Below, piece after piece: positions 1 through 8,337 of a DNA stretch of 61,519 nt. Each line of letters starts with the position of its first letter. The first letter of the stretch is position 1. Position numbers and translations under genes: made by a program. The notes beneath the pieces were generated by a model, which was given only the letters and a program-made list of their open reading frames with translations, made no database searches and was not told the origin of the DNA. The DNA is from a virus. Taxonomy: Duplodnaviria; Caudoviricetes. The DNA lies in the IMG/VR virus record IMGVR_UViG_3300032213_001563, positions 1 to 61,519 of that record. One strand, given 5' to 3'.

Positions 1-167
1 CGTCTAGAACTTCCTGCCCTCGCCGCGTCTAGAACTTCCTGCCCTCGCCGCGTCTACGTCTAGAACTTCCTGCCCTCGCCGCGTCTACGTCTAGAACTTC
101 CTGCCCTCGCCGCGTCTAGAACTTCCTGCCCTCGCCGCGTCTACGTCTAGAACTTCCCGCCTCGCCG
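1..167. repeat. Tandem repeat CGTCTAGAACTTCCTGCCCTCGCCG (25 bp, or 31 bp with an extra CGTCTA), continuing from the window end
   Basis: Units at 1-25, 26-50, 51-81, 82-112, 113-137 and a degenerate unit at 138-167; same unit at 61452-61519. Confidence 0.97.
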
Positions 168-262
168 CCTCGCCGCCCCTTTTCCGTGTGATTCCCCGGC
201 CCTTCCCCTTTGCTAGGCAGTTATCTAGTAAGGTGAATTGTGTCCGCATAATTCCCCGGCAG

Positions 263-283
263 CTTAGAACCATTGGTTCTAAG
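263..283. repeat. Early-region palindrome copy 1, CTTAGAACCATTGGTTCTAAG
   Basis: Inverted repeat seen directly. Confidence 0.95.
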
Positions 284-302
284 CGAGTCACAAAAAAGAT
301 CC

Positions 303-323
303 CTTAGAACCATTGGTTCTAAG
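303..323. repeat. Early-region palindrome copy 2
   Basis: Identical to copy 1; ends 27 nt before ATG 351. Confidence 0.95.
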
Positions 324-350
324 CTCACCCAAAAACAACCAGCCCACCCT

Positions 351-566
351 ATGACATCATCCCCTCTCCAGAAAGACAACGGCAAAGTCTCGTGGATTCC
401 CCAGCCCGGTGACTCCTATCTTGTCACCGGCACTGACCGCGATGGCCGCCGCTTCCGTCGCTCTTGTCCATCATGGGCCTATGCCGCAGGTATCAACTTG
501 TGGCGCGGCTCTCGCTGGCTAGTCCGTGATGGTCGCCGATTCAGGATCAATACAACCGTCAATTAA
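351..566 (+). CDS. Hypothetical early protein (71 aa)
   Basis: ATG 351 follows the palindrome and an A/C-rich leader; the upstream extension in the ORF track runs through the palindromes. Confidence 0.65.
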   Translation: MTSSPLQKDNGKVSWIPQPGDSYLVTGTDRDGRRFRRSCPSWAYAAGINLWRGSRWLVRDGRRFRINTTVN

Positions 567-570
567 CCCG

Positions 571-592
571 CTTAGAACCACGTGGTTCTAAG
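571..592. repeat. Early-region palindrome copy 3, CTTAGAACCACGTGGTTCTAAG
   Basis: 22-bp perfect palindrome 4 nt after a stop codon. Confidence 0.95.
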
Positions 593-621
593 CCCATCCA
601 AAAACAACCAACGCCATCCCC

Positions 622-798
622 ATGAAACAAGAAGTATCCACATTCCTCGCCCGTCTCAGAAAAGCAGGCCGCACCTATCCAGCCCGCAGCGTTGACAACA
701 CCGCGCATTTCCCCAGCGCGGCGATTCGCCGTCTCCAGATGGGACTGCCAGCCCGTCCTCGTGGCGATGACATCGAACTGCCAAACCTTTCCGCTTAG
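622..798 (+). CDS. Small hypothetical protein (58 aa, MKQEVSTFLARLRKAG...), below the ORF-track cutoff
   Basis: Translated by hand; fills the gap between palindromes 3 and 4; its TAG stop lies inside palindrome 4. Confidence 0.65.
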   Translation: MKQEVSTFLARLRKAGRTYPARSVDNTAHFPSAAIRRLQMGLPARPRGDDIELPNLSA

Positions 799-814
799 AA
801 CCAATGGTTCTAAG
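794..814. repeat. Early-region palindrome copy 4, CTTAGAACCAATGGTTCTAAG (reverse-complement centre)
   Basis: Seen directly; followed by short AACCCGAC repeats. Confidence 0.95.
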
Positions 815-850
815 CCCCGCAACCCGACAACCCGACAACCCGATAACCCT

Positions 851-1174
851 ATGACCACCGTCAGAGTTTACACGTCCCGCAACCCGCTACTCATTATTGA
901 CGGGTTCTCCGTCAGAGTAGAAGGCACAGCATCCCATCTTATGGGGTTGATTGACTCGCTCCTCACGGGCAGCCACTACATCGAAGCCGCCGAATTGGTG
1001 GCTGAGCCTGTCCTACTCCGTGCCTTGCGGCGAGTCCGAGAGGGTAGCCTTCCACCTGATAACCTTCTGGTCATCATGCCGTGCGGCAAGATCAACCCCG
1101 TTACGCCAGACGGTGACTTTGCGCTGCCCTGGCCCGGAGGCTTCTTTGAGTGGAGAGCCGCAGAACTATTCTAA
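851..1174 (+). CDS. Stand-alone DUF3696-like protein (resembles the C-terminal module of certain ABC-type ATPases)
   Basis: Ends EPVLLRALRRVREGSLPPDNLLV...DGDFALPWPGGFFEWRAAELF; ATG 851 follows an A/C-rich leader. Confidence 0.55.
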   Translation: MTTVRVYTSRNPLLIIDGFSVRVEGTASHLMGLIDSLLTGSHYIEAAELVAEPVLLRALRRVREGSLPPDNLLVIMPCGKINPVTPDGDFALPWPGGFFEWRAAELF

Positions 1175-1178
1175 TTTC

Positions 1179-1199
1179 CTTAGAACCATTGGTTCTAAG
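1179..1199. repeat. Early-region palindrome copy 5
   Basis: CTTAGAACCATTGGTTCTAAG 4 nt after a stop codon. Confidence 0.95.
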
Positions 1200-1252
1200 C
1201 CCCGCAACAATCTCCCGGCACCGCCGGGCCTAAACCCAAAACACAAAACACA

Positions 1253-1828
1253 ATGAAACTAACCGTAAAAGAAGCCCTCGAAGACATCGAAGGGTATAGC
1301 AAAGCAATCATGGACGTAGCCCCAGGCTTCCTTAGCAGGATGCCGAAGGGCATCACAGATGGGCGGGAATTGATGTCCCTCCTGACCTTCGGTGCTAAAG
1401 CCGAAATCGAGGCCGAAGGAGTCCTGCTCTGGGATCAATACCCTAGCGGGCGTCAAGCCGCTCGCAAGATCGAGCATGTCGCCCTCTCCGTGATGTGGCA
1501 GAGGCGGCAGAAGGAGCAAGAAGAGCCGTGCCCTTTGACGGAGGCATGGAAGAAATCGGGAGTCGATATGCCGCCGCCTGAAGTCATCAGCGCCATGCGT
1601 GAGATCCTCGGAATCCGCTCCAAGGACAAGGTAGAAATCACGGGGGAGTCCCTTGTGGATGATGACCATGGGCTGCCCATGGATTGCTTTCTGGCTCTCC
1701 AGAAAGTCCTGCCCGGTATCAGGGTCGTTCAGCGCAAGGTCATCTCTTGCCCTATCCTGCCCGTTGAGATAGCCCAGGCTACCCTAGACATCGTCCTCAT
1801 TAAGGCCCGCGCCATTGGCATCATGTAA
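1253..1828 (+). CDS. Hypothetical protein (191 aa)
   Basis: Long ORF with A/C-rich leader. Confidence 0.75.
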   Translation: MKLTVKEALEDIEGYSKAIMDVAPGFLSRMPKGITDGRELMSLLTFGAKAEIEAEGVLLWDQYPSGRQAARKIEHVALSVMWQRRQKEQEEPCPLTEAWKKSGVDMPPPEVISAMREILGIRSKDKVEITGESLVDDDHGLPMDCFLALQKVLPGIRVVQRKVISCPILPVEIAQATLDIVLIKARAIGIM

Positions 1829-2065
1829 AAACCAGCTTACCCCCTTTGCTAGGGAGTAATATAATGCACCGGGCTCCTCGGTTAAAATGAGTCGTGGCTA
1901 ACGATACTAGTCTAGCGGCCTTGCCCTCCGCGATAAAGCAACGGGCCTCCCACTTTCCCTCGTGTTGGGAATAGGGTGGGCCGGGGTATGGATGACCCGT
2001 TTTGTTTCCATGCTCCGGCCCTAATACCCTGCATCCCTCACGCCCTAAACCATTTCGGATTGATC

Positions 2066-2087
2066 CTTAGAACCACATGGTTCTAAG
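2066..2087. repeat. Early-region palindrome copy 6, CTTAGAACCACATGGTTCTAAG
   Basis: Seen directly, upstream of the AAA ATPase. Confidence 0.95.
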
Positions 2088-2128
2088 CCATCCGACAACC
2101 CAAGCACAAACCCAAAAACAACACGACA

Positions 2129-3736
2129 ATGGAAGCACCAAATGTAAAAGCAATCAATGCAGACAAAGCAACCCGCGAAGAAATGCGGGAGTGGATCAGT
2201 GAATCAGCCCGTGCCCTGACTCGCGCCATCCACGGGACGCCGTCGCTCTCCGGGCTGCGGGAAGTTATGAAACTCATAGGGCACAATAGCCTCAGCGAGG
2301 TCGTCGCTACGGGAACCATGGAGACGCTCAGGAAAGCCGTGGTCAGCCTCATGGAGCAAGCCGTCAAGCACGGCGTCCCCCTAGTAGGGGAGGGCGTCGA
2401 GCCATCTCTGCCCACGACTCCGCTTTTCACAGCGGATGAGATGGAAGAACTCAAAGCGAGGGTTACGGTGTTTGACCCCCTAGAAAAAGTTAGCGCAGAC
2501 ACCGAAGATGACGCCTCGCGCCTTGCTTCGGAGGCTACGGATCTAGCGCGCCGTGCCGCCGCTGCCGCTGCCGCCGCCGCCAAGGCCGCGGCTATGCCAC
2601 GCCCTGCCGCTGGTATGGCAGCCATTGACAAGGAGCGCATCGACAACGTGGAGCGTCTCGCCAACTCTACGGCGGCGTCCCTCCGCGATGAGTCTGCCAA
2701 GCTACGCGCCATGGAGGATAAGCTCGCCCCGCTCGCTGCTGTGCTCGATGCTATCACCGCGTCATCCGCCGCGTCAGCCCCGGCCCTGCCACCCGCTGCC
2801 GTTGCTGCCGTCAAGGCTGCTGTCACGGGGGATCGTCTCCTTAGCGAGGTGCTGCCGTTCTTCACTCCTGGGCTACCTCAGGGTAATCAGATTCCGTGCG
2901 TCGCTTCGCCGCCCTCCTTCGGCAAGACGTTCATGTCTGACGAGATTAGCCGCATCTATGACGGGTCATTCTTCCATCCGTTCAAGGACAGTCTTGACGA
3001 GATTGACTCGCTGGTTGGCACGCTCATGCCCCGCAGTGATGGCACGTTTGCTGTCATTGACGGGCCGCTTGTCAGCGCCGCTCGCCTTGCCAGCACTGGC
3101 GTCAATGTTCTCTTCGTTGGTGATGAGATCTTCAACGCCAGCAAGAAAACCCTGGAGTGGATGCAGTCCTTCCTATCGCCACGTCTCGTGCCCTACCTCG
3201 GAGCGGATGGCGTCGAAACCCTGCGCCGTTGCTTTGTCATCCAGACCAAGCACAGCATGGAGGATGGCACGTTTGAGGTTATCAAAGCGCCGGAAGAGAA
3301 CCTGCACTTCCTGTTCCTTGGCAACCTGCGCACCAACCCACCCGAGGCACTGATGTCACGCTGTCGCCTCATGCGCTTCGACTATGATCCTGCCTGGGCT
3401 GCTGATACAGCGTATGAGCGTCTCAATGGCTACAGTGGTGGCTTGTTCTCCGGCCCTGCTACTAAAGAATGGTCCCTCGCTTGGGCCAAGGCTATGACCG
3501 CCAGCCGTGAGGCATACTCACGCATGGAAGTCAGCCGCCCGCTATGCTTCCGCTTCCTGATCGGTGCTGTCACCCATGTATCCCGCCAGCCCGGCGCGAA
3601 TCTGGGTATGCTCACCGACTACGTAGCCAAGTGGTCTCCGCATCAGATCGCGGTGCAGAATGCTGCCACGCAAGACACTGATCCAACCAGTCGTGAGGCG
3701 GTGGGCAAGATCATCAAGGCTGCTTTCGCCAAGTAA
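2129..3736 (+). CDS. MoxR/CbbQ/CobS-like AAA+ ATPase with Ala-rich coiled-coil N-terminus
   Basis: Walker A SPPSFGKT, Walker B VLFVGDE, IDGPLVSAA motif, sensor Asn (LGN), ALMSRC arginine finger; followed by peptidase and vWA genes. Confidence 0.8.
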   Translation: MEAPNVKAINADKATREEMREWISESARALTRAIHGTPSLSGLREVMKLIGHNSLSEVVATGTMETLRKAVVSLMEQAVKHGVPLVGEGVEPSLPTTPLFTADEMEELKARVTVFDPLEKVSADTEDDASRLASEATDLARRAAAAAAAAAKAAAMPRPAAGMAAIDKERIDNVERLANSTAASLRDESAKLRAMEDKLAPLAAVLDAITASSAASAPALPPAAVAAVKAAVTGDRLLSEVLPFFTPGLPQGNQIPCVASPPSFGKTFMSDEISRIYDGSFFHPFKDSLDEIDSLVGTLMPRSDGTFAVIDGPLVSAARLASTGVNVLFVGDEIFNASKKTLEWMQSFLSPRLVPYLGADGVETLRRCFVIQTKHSMEDGTFEVIKAPEENLHFLFLGNLRTNPPEALMSRCRLMRFDYDPAWAADTAYERLNGYSGGLFSGPATKEWSLAWAKAMTASREAYSRMEVSRPLCFRFLIGAVTHVSRQPGANLGMLTDYVAKWSPHQIAVQNAATQDTDPTSREAVGKIIKAAFAK

Positions 3737-3749
3737 GTAACAATGAGGG

Positions 3750-3770
3750 CTTAGAACCATTGGTTCTAAG
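3750..3770. repeat. Early-region palindrome copy 7 (extends to GGGCTTAG...CTAAGCCC, 3747-3773)
   Basis: Seen directly, between ATPase and peptidase genes. Confidence 0.95.
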
Positions 3771-3807
3771 CCCCGCAACCCAGCAACCCTCCGACCCTAC
3801 ACCCATT

Positions 3808-4899
3808 ATGTCACCATCACCAGCACCACCCGCAACAACTCCTGTGCAGATGCGAGAATGGCGTCTCGCCTACAACTCATCCAAGCGCCGTCAAACCGTG
3901 AAGCCTGACGGCTCCGTCCGCCAGCGTGCGGGTAGCCTAGCCTACCTGTATAACAAGGCTCGCGAGGCCATCAGGATCAGGCTGATCGACACGGAGCTAC
4001 CATACAAAACTGCCAACTGGCAGTGGGATGGTAAGTCTCACGTCATCAACGTGCATCGCGATGTTCCGAGTGTGTTCTTCTCCTCCGAGGGAACCAATAC
4101 CTCACCTCGTCGCATCGGTCTAGCCAAGGCTGTCGTCGCCCATGAGGTATGTCACGGGCTGTACACCTCGCGGAGTCCCGATGCAGGCGATGATTGCGCC
4201 AGGGTGGGCATCCCCTTCCGCCTCCTCAACCTCATGGAGGATTGCCGCATCGAGCACGCTTATGTGACTCAGCGGGGCAAGGATCACAAGTTCAACTGGA
4301 AGATCTTTGACGACTTCATGCCCAAGACCGGCGACACGATCAAGTCTCCATCGGACTGGCTCTTTACCATGAAGCGGCGTGAGCCTGTGCTATTCAAACA
4401 CCCATCGAGTGTCATGGCTCCGTATAAATGGGGCGGCGCAGCTATGGTGATGATGCCAACGGTGAGCTACATACATCCGCTCAAGGAATACGAGGGGCTC
4501 CTCCTTCCAACCGTCGGCGTCTTTGAAAAGTTCTACGCTATTATTGTAGCGGCTAAGTCTACTGAGGAGCTCGTGCCCATTGCGGCCTACTGGAAGGATA
4601 CGTTTGGTGCGGAGTCCGCGTCAGACCTTCCGCCTATCCTAGTCAGGACTGTCCCGTCTTCCTTCGGCGACAAGGAAGATCCTATGGAGAGCGGCGGGTC
4701 TAGCGGTGCCTCTGAGGCGATTCGCACCCCTGACCACAAGCCGGTCGACTCATTGACGGGTGGCCCCCTTGCTACCGGTCGCTCTGCAATCTACGAGGAC
4801 CGGGTGGTGCACTCGCAAGCTGGTGATGTGCTAGCCCGTCCGACCCTTCGAGGCCTCATCCCCCTGGCAAAGTATCTCCAAAACTCACAATACGCATAA
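3808..4899 (+). CDS. Zincin metallopeptidase-like protein (CobT N-terminal-like MoxR partner)
   Basis: VAHEVCHGLYT (HExxH) followed by LLNLMEDCRIE. Confidence 0.75.
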   Translation: MSPSPAPPATTPVQMREWRLAYNSSKRRQTVKPDGSVRQRAGSLAYLYNKAREAIRIRLIDTELPYKTANWQWDGKSHVINVHRDVPSVFFSSEGTNTSPRRIGLAKAVVAHEVCHGLYTSRSPDAGDDCARVGIPFRLLNLMEDCRIEHAYVTQRGKDHKFNWKIFDDFMPKTGDTIKSPSDWLFTMKRREPVLFKHPSSVMAPYKWGGAAMVMMPTVSYIHPLKEYEGLLLPTVGVFEKFYAIIVAAKSTEELVPIAAYWKDTFGAESASDLPPILVRTVPSSFGDKEDPMESGGSSGASEAIRTPDHKPVDSLTGGPLATGRSAIYEDRVVHSQAGDVLARPTLRGLIPLAKYLQNSQYA

Positions 4900-4903
4900 C
4901 ATT

Positions 4904-5629
4904 ATGAAGAACAAGATCCCTGGTTTCAGATACGTCGTGGCTCAGTGCGTCACCAACAGCTTCGCTTCCGTCATGGAGCAGGCCGAGCCCGCAAATGCAG
5001 ACCCGTCACCCACGGGCAGCCGCCTCAATTATCACGCCATGTTCACCCATAGCTACGGCTCTGCTTTCCTACAGCCCGCAGCCGTTGACGGTATGCGCCG
5101 CGTCTTACTTATCGTTGACTTCTCCGGGTCGATGAAAGGCATGTGGGAGACCGGTGGTGCTGAGTTTGTGTGGGGGCTGATGCAGTTTGCTCGTCAAGGT
5201 GGATGCTACCTCAGAGTCCTCCTGACGGGGGATGCGGACGGCTCTTGTGAGCTGCCTGTCGATACACCCTTTGACATCTTCAGCAGTCTCGTCCCTTACG
5301 CCAGTCAAGAGTCATTCGCCCGCACCATGGAAACCCCGGTAATCACCGAGCTGATGGAGGATGCCGACATCACGGTGTGCTGGACCGACGGCCAACTAAC
5401 CGACGGATATGTTGACGCTATCCGCTGGCGTGAGAGGAACATCAACGTCGTGGGCGCATGTCTGGGCCATCCAGAGATGCACGCATACCATCCCACCAAA
5501 GCACGGATTAAATTATGGGAGGCGATGCAGGAATACTTCCACGCCTACTTCATCAGTGATCATCCGGCCAAGGTAGCCACGCTCTTATCTACCTGGGTGG
5601 CGTCGTGCCCCATCCGTAGCCTTCAATAA
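4904..5629 (+). CDS. von Willebrand factor A (vWA) domain protein
   Basis: MIDAS motif LLIVDFSGSM plus a later WTDG. Confidence 0.8.
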   Translation: MKNKIPGFRYVVAQCVTNSFASVMEQAEPANADPSPTGSRLNYHAMFTHSYGSAFLQPAAVDGMRRVLLIVDFSGSMKGMWETGGAEFVWGLMQFARQGGCYLRVLLTGDADGSCELPVDTPFDIFSSLVPYASQESFARTMETPVITELMEDADITVCWTDGQLTDGYVDAIRWRERNINVVGACLGHPEMHAYHPTKARIKLWEAMQEYFHAYFISDHPAKVATLLSTWVASCPIRSLQ

Positions 5630-5646
5630 ACCAACAACACGGGAGG

Positions 5647-5667
5647 CTTAGAACCATTGGTTCTAAG
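5647..5667. repeat. Early-region palindrome copy 8
   Basis: CTTAGAACCATTGGTTCTAAG between genes. Confidence 0.95.
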
Positions 5668-5694
5668 CCCCTCAAAACACCCTACCATAAACCT

Positions 5695-6219
5695 ATGAAA
5701 ACCATCGAAAAATTCTGCCATATCCACCACGCCTGCCCCGAGGGTAGGGAGTGGGCCATAGCCAACTGCTCTAACATGCAGGAGGCGTGGGACAAAGCCC
5801 CCGACCCCTCATGGGTTCTCTGGATCGCCACCCGTCAAGGCGTTTTGACCGACCGCGAACTCCGTCTATTTGCGGTCTGGTGCGCTCGACAGGTGCAGCA
5901 CCTACTGACCGATCCGCGTTCGGTTAATGCTATCGACGTAGCGGAACGCTATGCTAACGGCGAGGCTACCGACGAGGATCTAGCCGCAGCCAGGGACGCA
6001 GCCAGGGCCGTAGCCTACGACGCATCCTACGCCGCAGCATGGCCCGCACCCTACGCCGCAGCCGCAGCCAGGGGCGCAGCCTGGGCCGCAGCCAGGGGCG
6101 CAGCCTGGGCCGCAGGCAGGGCCGCAGCCTGGGCCGCATCCTACGCCGCACCCTACGCCGTAGCCACAGCCACCCAAGCCCAATGGCTACGTGAGATCAC
6201 CAAACCCAAATTCGACTAA
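5695..6219 (+). CDS. Phage protein with (AAW/AAR/AAY) low-complexity repeats (Imm5-like phage family)
   Basis: LRLFAVWCARQV...DPRSVNAIDVAERYANGEAT followed by Ala-rich repeats. Confidence 0.7.
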   Translation: MKTIEKFCHIHHACPEGREWAIANCSNMQEAWDKAPDPSWVLWIATRQGVLTDRELRLFAVWCARQVQHLLTDPRSVNAIDVAERYANGEATDEDLAAARDAARAVAYDASYAAAWPAPYAAAAARGAAWAAARGAAWAAGRAAAWAASYAAPYAVATATQAQWLREITKPKFD

Positions 6220-6223
6220 ACCT

Positions 6224-6523
6224 ATGGAGCCACCAAAACATTTGAGGTCCGCATCAGTGAAACAGATGCCCGCTGATCGTGCTAAGATCACAACCATTGA
6301 CAAGTCAAACCCCTCATTCCCTGCTGTCTGCATCGTCTGGACCGACGCCAAGATGCAGCCTGACGACTTCAACCTATCCGAGCTCGGTGATGTTGAAGCA
6401 ATCCAGTCCGACTTGCTTGCCTGCCCACCTCGCGGATGGGTTATGCTTCGCGGCGAGTGCCGTCGAAAGCTAGGCAGCTTCGTCAAGCTTCTACCCAAAA
6501 GACTCCGCCCTAAACGCCTATGA
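6224..6523 (+). CDS. Hypothetical protein
   Basis: ATG 4 nt after the previous stop; ATGA overlap with the next gene. Confidence 0.55.
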   Translation: MEPPKHLRSASVKQMPADRAKITTIDKSNPSFPAVCIVWTDAKMQPDDFNLSELGDVEAIQSDLLACPPRGWVMLRGECRRKLGSFVKLLPKRLRPKRL

Positions 6524-6876
6524 TTCCGCCACTATACTTCGACCCCACAGAACCCACCGTCTTCTACCGTAAGCTAGAAGTCGGTGAGATAATAATGGAT
6601 GGGGACCGGGGCATAATTAGACCCGACGTACCCGAAGGAGGCGGTAGTGTTGACCTCACCCACAGAACAATCTGCGGTGGATGTACAGTAAAGAGTAGTG
6701 ACGGCAACCTCTACTTCCGAAGGATCACCCCCGAACCCCCGAAACCCGAATCCCCTAGCCCCCTCAATGAGCTCTTCGACTTATGGTTCATCAAGTACTC
6801 TCCCGTCTGTGTTGACGAAGATGAACGCAGAGTATGGGAGCGAGCCATCAAGGCAATGAACCCAACCGAAAAGTAA
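6520..6876 (+). CDS. Hypothetical protein
   Basis: ORF in tightly packed + strand run. Confidence 0.65.
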   Translation: MIPPLYFDPTEPTVFYRKLEVGEIIMDGDRGIIRPDVPEGGGSVDLTHRTICGGCTVKSSDGNLYFRRITPEPPKPESPSPLNELFDLWFIKYSPVCVDEDERRVWERAIKAMNPTEK

Positions 6877-6908
6877 CAATCCCCCAAACCAAAAACAACA
6901 CCTATGAA
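6872..6908 (+). repeat. 37-bp perfect direct repeat, copy 1 (stop + leader + start)
   Basis: AGTAACAATCCCCCAAACCAAAAACAACACCTATGAA, identical at 7430-7466. Confidence 0.95.
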
Positions 6909-7434
6909 GCACACCCTCACTGTAACCGCCGAGCTCATCGGCTCCGCTATCCAAAGCTATCTAAAAAGTTTTGGTCACACCAACATAACCACCTCCAGTG
7001 TTGACGGCGAACTCGTTTGTACGACCGAGCACGCTGCCCGCCGAAGTTTTGGAGACCCAATCCCGGCCACATGCAAGTGGCCGCACGACTGTTTCATCCA
7101 GTGCGGGGACAATGGGGCTGTCCTCGTTTGGGATAAGGGCAACTACACGACTGCATTCTGGGAGGCGTTCCCCCGCAATCTAGGCACCTTTTTGCGTGGT
7201 GAAGGTAGCACTATCGAGGAAGCTGAGAAAGACTGCTTCGCTCAGTATGAGCGCATCCTCGCCTGCCCAGGCCACGAGTTTGAAAGGCGCAAGTATGAGA
7301 GCGGCGCAGGGATCTGCAAGCACTGCAACCTACTCCAATCTAAAGTATTCGAGCCGACCGAAGCGTGGAAAGAGAAGGAGGCCGCGTCACTCGCCAAGAT
7401 AAAAGCGTCGCTAGAACTCCAAGATAAAGAGTAA
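6904..7434 (+). CDS. Hypothetical Cys/His-containing phage protein
   Basis: 176-aa ORF, TAFWEAFP and CPGHEF...CKHC motifs. Confidence 0.75.
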   Translation: MKHTLTVTAELIGSAIQSYLKSFGHTNITTSSVDGELVCTTEHAARRSFGDPIPATCKWPHDCFIQCGDNGAVLVWDKGNYTTAFWEAFPRNLGTFLRGEGSTIEEAEKDCFAQYERILACPGHEFERRKYESGAGICKHCNLLQSKVFEPTEAWKEKEAASLAKIKASLELQDKE

Positions 7435-7466
7435 CAATCCCCCAAACCAAAAACAACACCTATGAA
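7430..7466 (+). repeat. 37-bp perfect direct repeat, copy 2
   Basis: Identical to 6872-6908. Confidence 0.95.
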
Positions 7467-8325
7467 AACGAAACTACATTCCTATCACTTCAACCTCAAG
7501 CATATCCCCGATCACCAAGCATACATGCTGCTCAAGGAGCGCATGAAGCGCGAGTCCCGTCGAGGTGACCGCATCAAGCTTGTGGACGCCGCACCCCGAG
7601 ACAGTCAATCATTTGATTTCCTGAAGCTCCTTACCCAGGACGATAATCTCACCACTTACGAGGTCGAGCTAGACATCAAGCATGTGTTCAATAATCAATG
7701 GAACTCCGCAGATACGTTGGATCACTCAGGCTACCGTGTCTTCGATTGGGTTGAGTATTACAACCCCCGTAATGTCAGTTTAATCCGGGGCCATTGGCTG
7801 GAGGTGACGGATGAGATGGTAGCTACCCGCGAGAATACCCTTAAGTGCGGCTACTGCGGCGCTCAATACGGCCCGCATCACCAAGCCAGTGAGCACCCTG
7901 ACTTCTGCATGAAGTGCCTCGATAGCCCTTACCTCAAGGAGGAAGACCTTGGGCTGTTGCGCTTATATCCAGTCAGCGCGGATCACAGACCCCAATCCAT
8001 CGAGTTGTCTAGCGAAGACAGAGCATGGCTGCTACCCCGCTACACTGAAGCCCAGATGAAGGGCAACAAAGACAGGGCAGAGTCCCGTGCTCTCAAGCAG
8101 CGCGAGGCTCTTGAGGAAAAGCGCGCCCTTAATGATATGGAGTATGCTGGATTCGACCAGCTACTGAACGCCGGAATTGACACCGGGAATATCATCTTCC
8201 ACAGTCACATTCCGGTATTCAAATTCGGGTGGCGCTCCGCCCTGTCGCCTTCGGTTGCAGAAGCTATGAAGGCGAAGGTCGAAGAGATCGGATTCAAGTT
8301 CCCGACAGAGTTCGCCATCGCCTAA
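7462..8325 (+). CDS. Hypothetical protein with a Zn-ribbon-like CxxC...CxxC
   Basis: CGYCG...CMKC in a 287-aa ORF. Confidence 0.75.
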   Translation: MKTKLHSYHFNLKHIPDHQAYMLLKERMKRESRRGDRIKLVDAAPRDSQSFDFLKLLTQDDNLTTYEVELDIKHVFNNQWNSADTLDHSGYRVFDWVEYYNPRNVSLIRGHWLEVTDEMVATRENTLKCGYCGAQYGPHHQASEHPDFCMKCLDSPYLKEEDLGLLRLYPVSADHRPQSIELSSEDRAWLLPRYTEAQMKGNKDRAESRALKQREALEEKRALNDMEYAGFDQLLNAGIDTGNIIFHSHIPVFKFGWRSALSPSVAEAMKAKVEEIGFKFPTEFAIA

Positions 8326-8337
8326 CTTACTTTCAGG

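Noticed and set aside
1-167. Terminal 25/31-bp repeats (and the 22-bp repeats at 60061) as a CRISPR array
   Set aside because: Units are directly adjacent with no unique spacers; no cas operon; the Cas4-like domain belongs to the replication module
2083-2865. Long antisense or alternate-frame ORFs (e.g. 2083-2865, 2553-3353, 16910-17629, 20 kb region, 39872-40693)
   Set aside because: Shadows of GC-rich, codon-biased real genes; low-complexity translations without motifs
5695-6219. Ala-rich repeats, or the fibre's internal duplication, as a diversity-generating retroelement
   Set aside because: No reverse transcriptase and no template/variable repeat pair with adenine-specific differences seen
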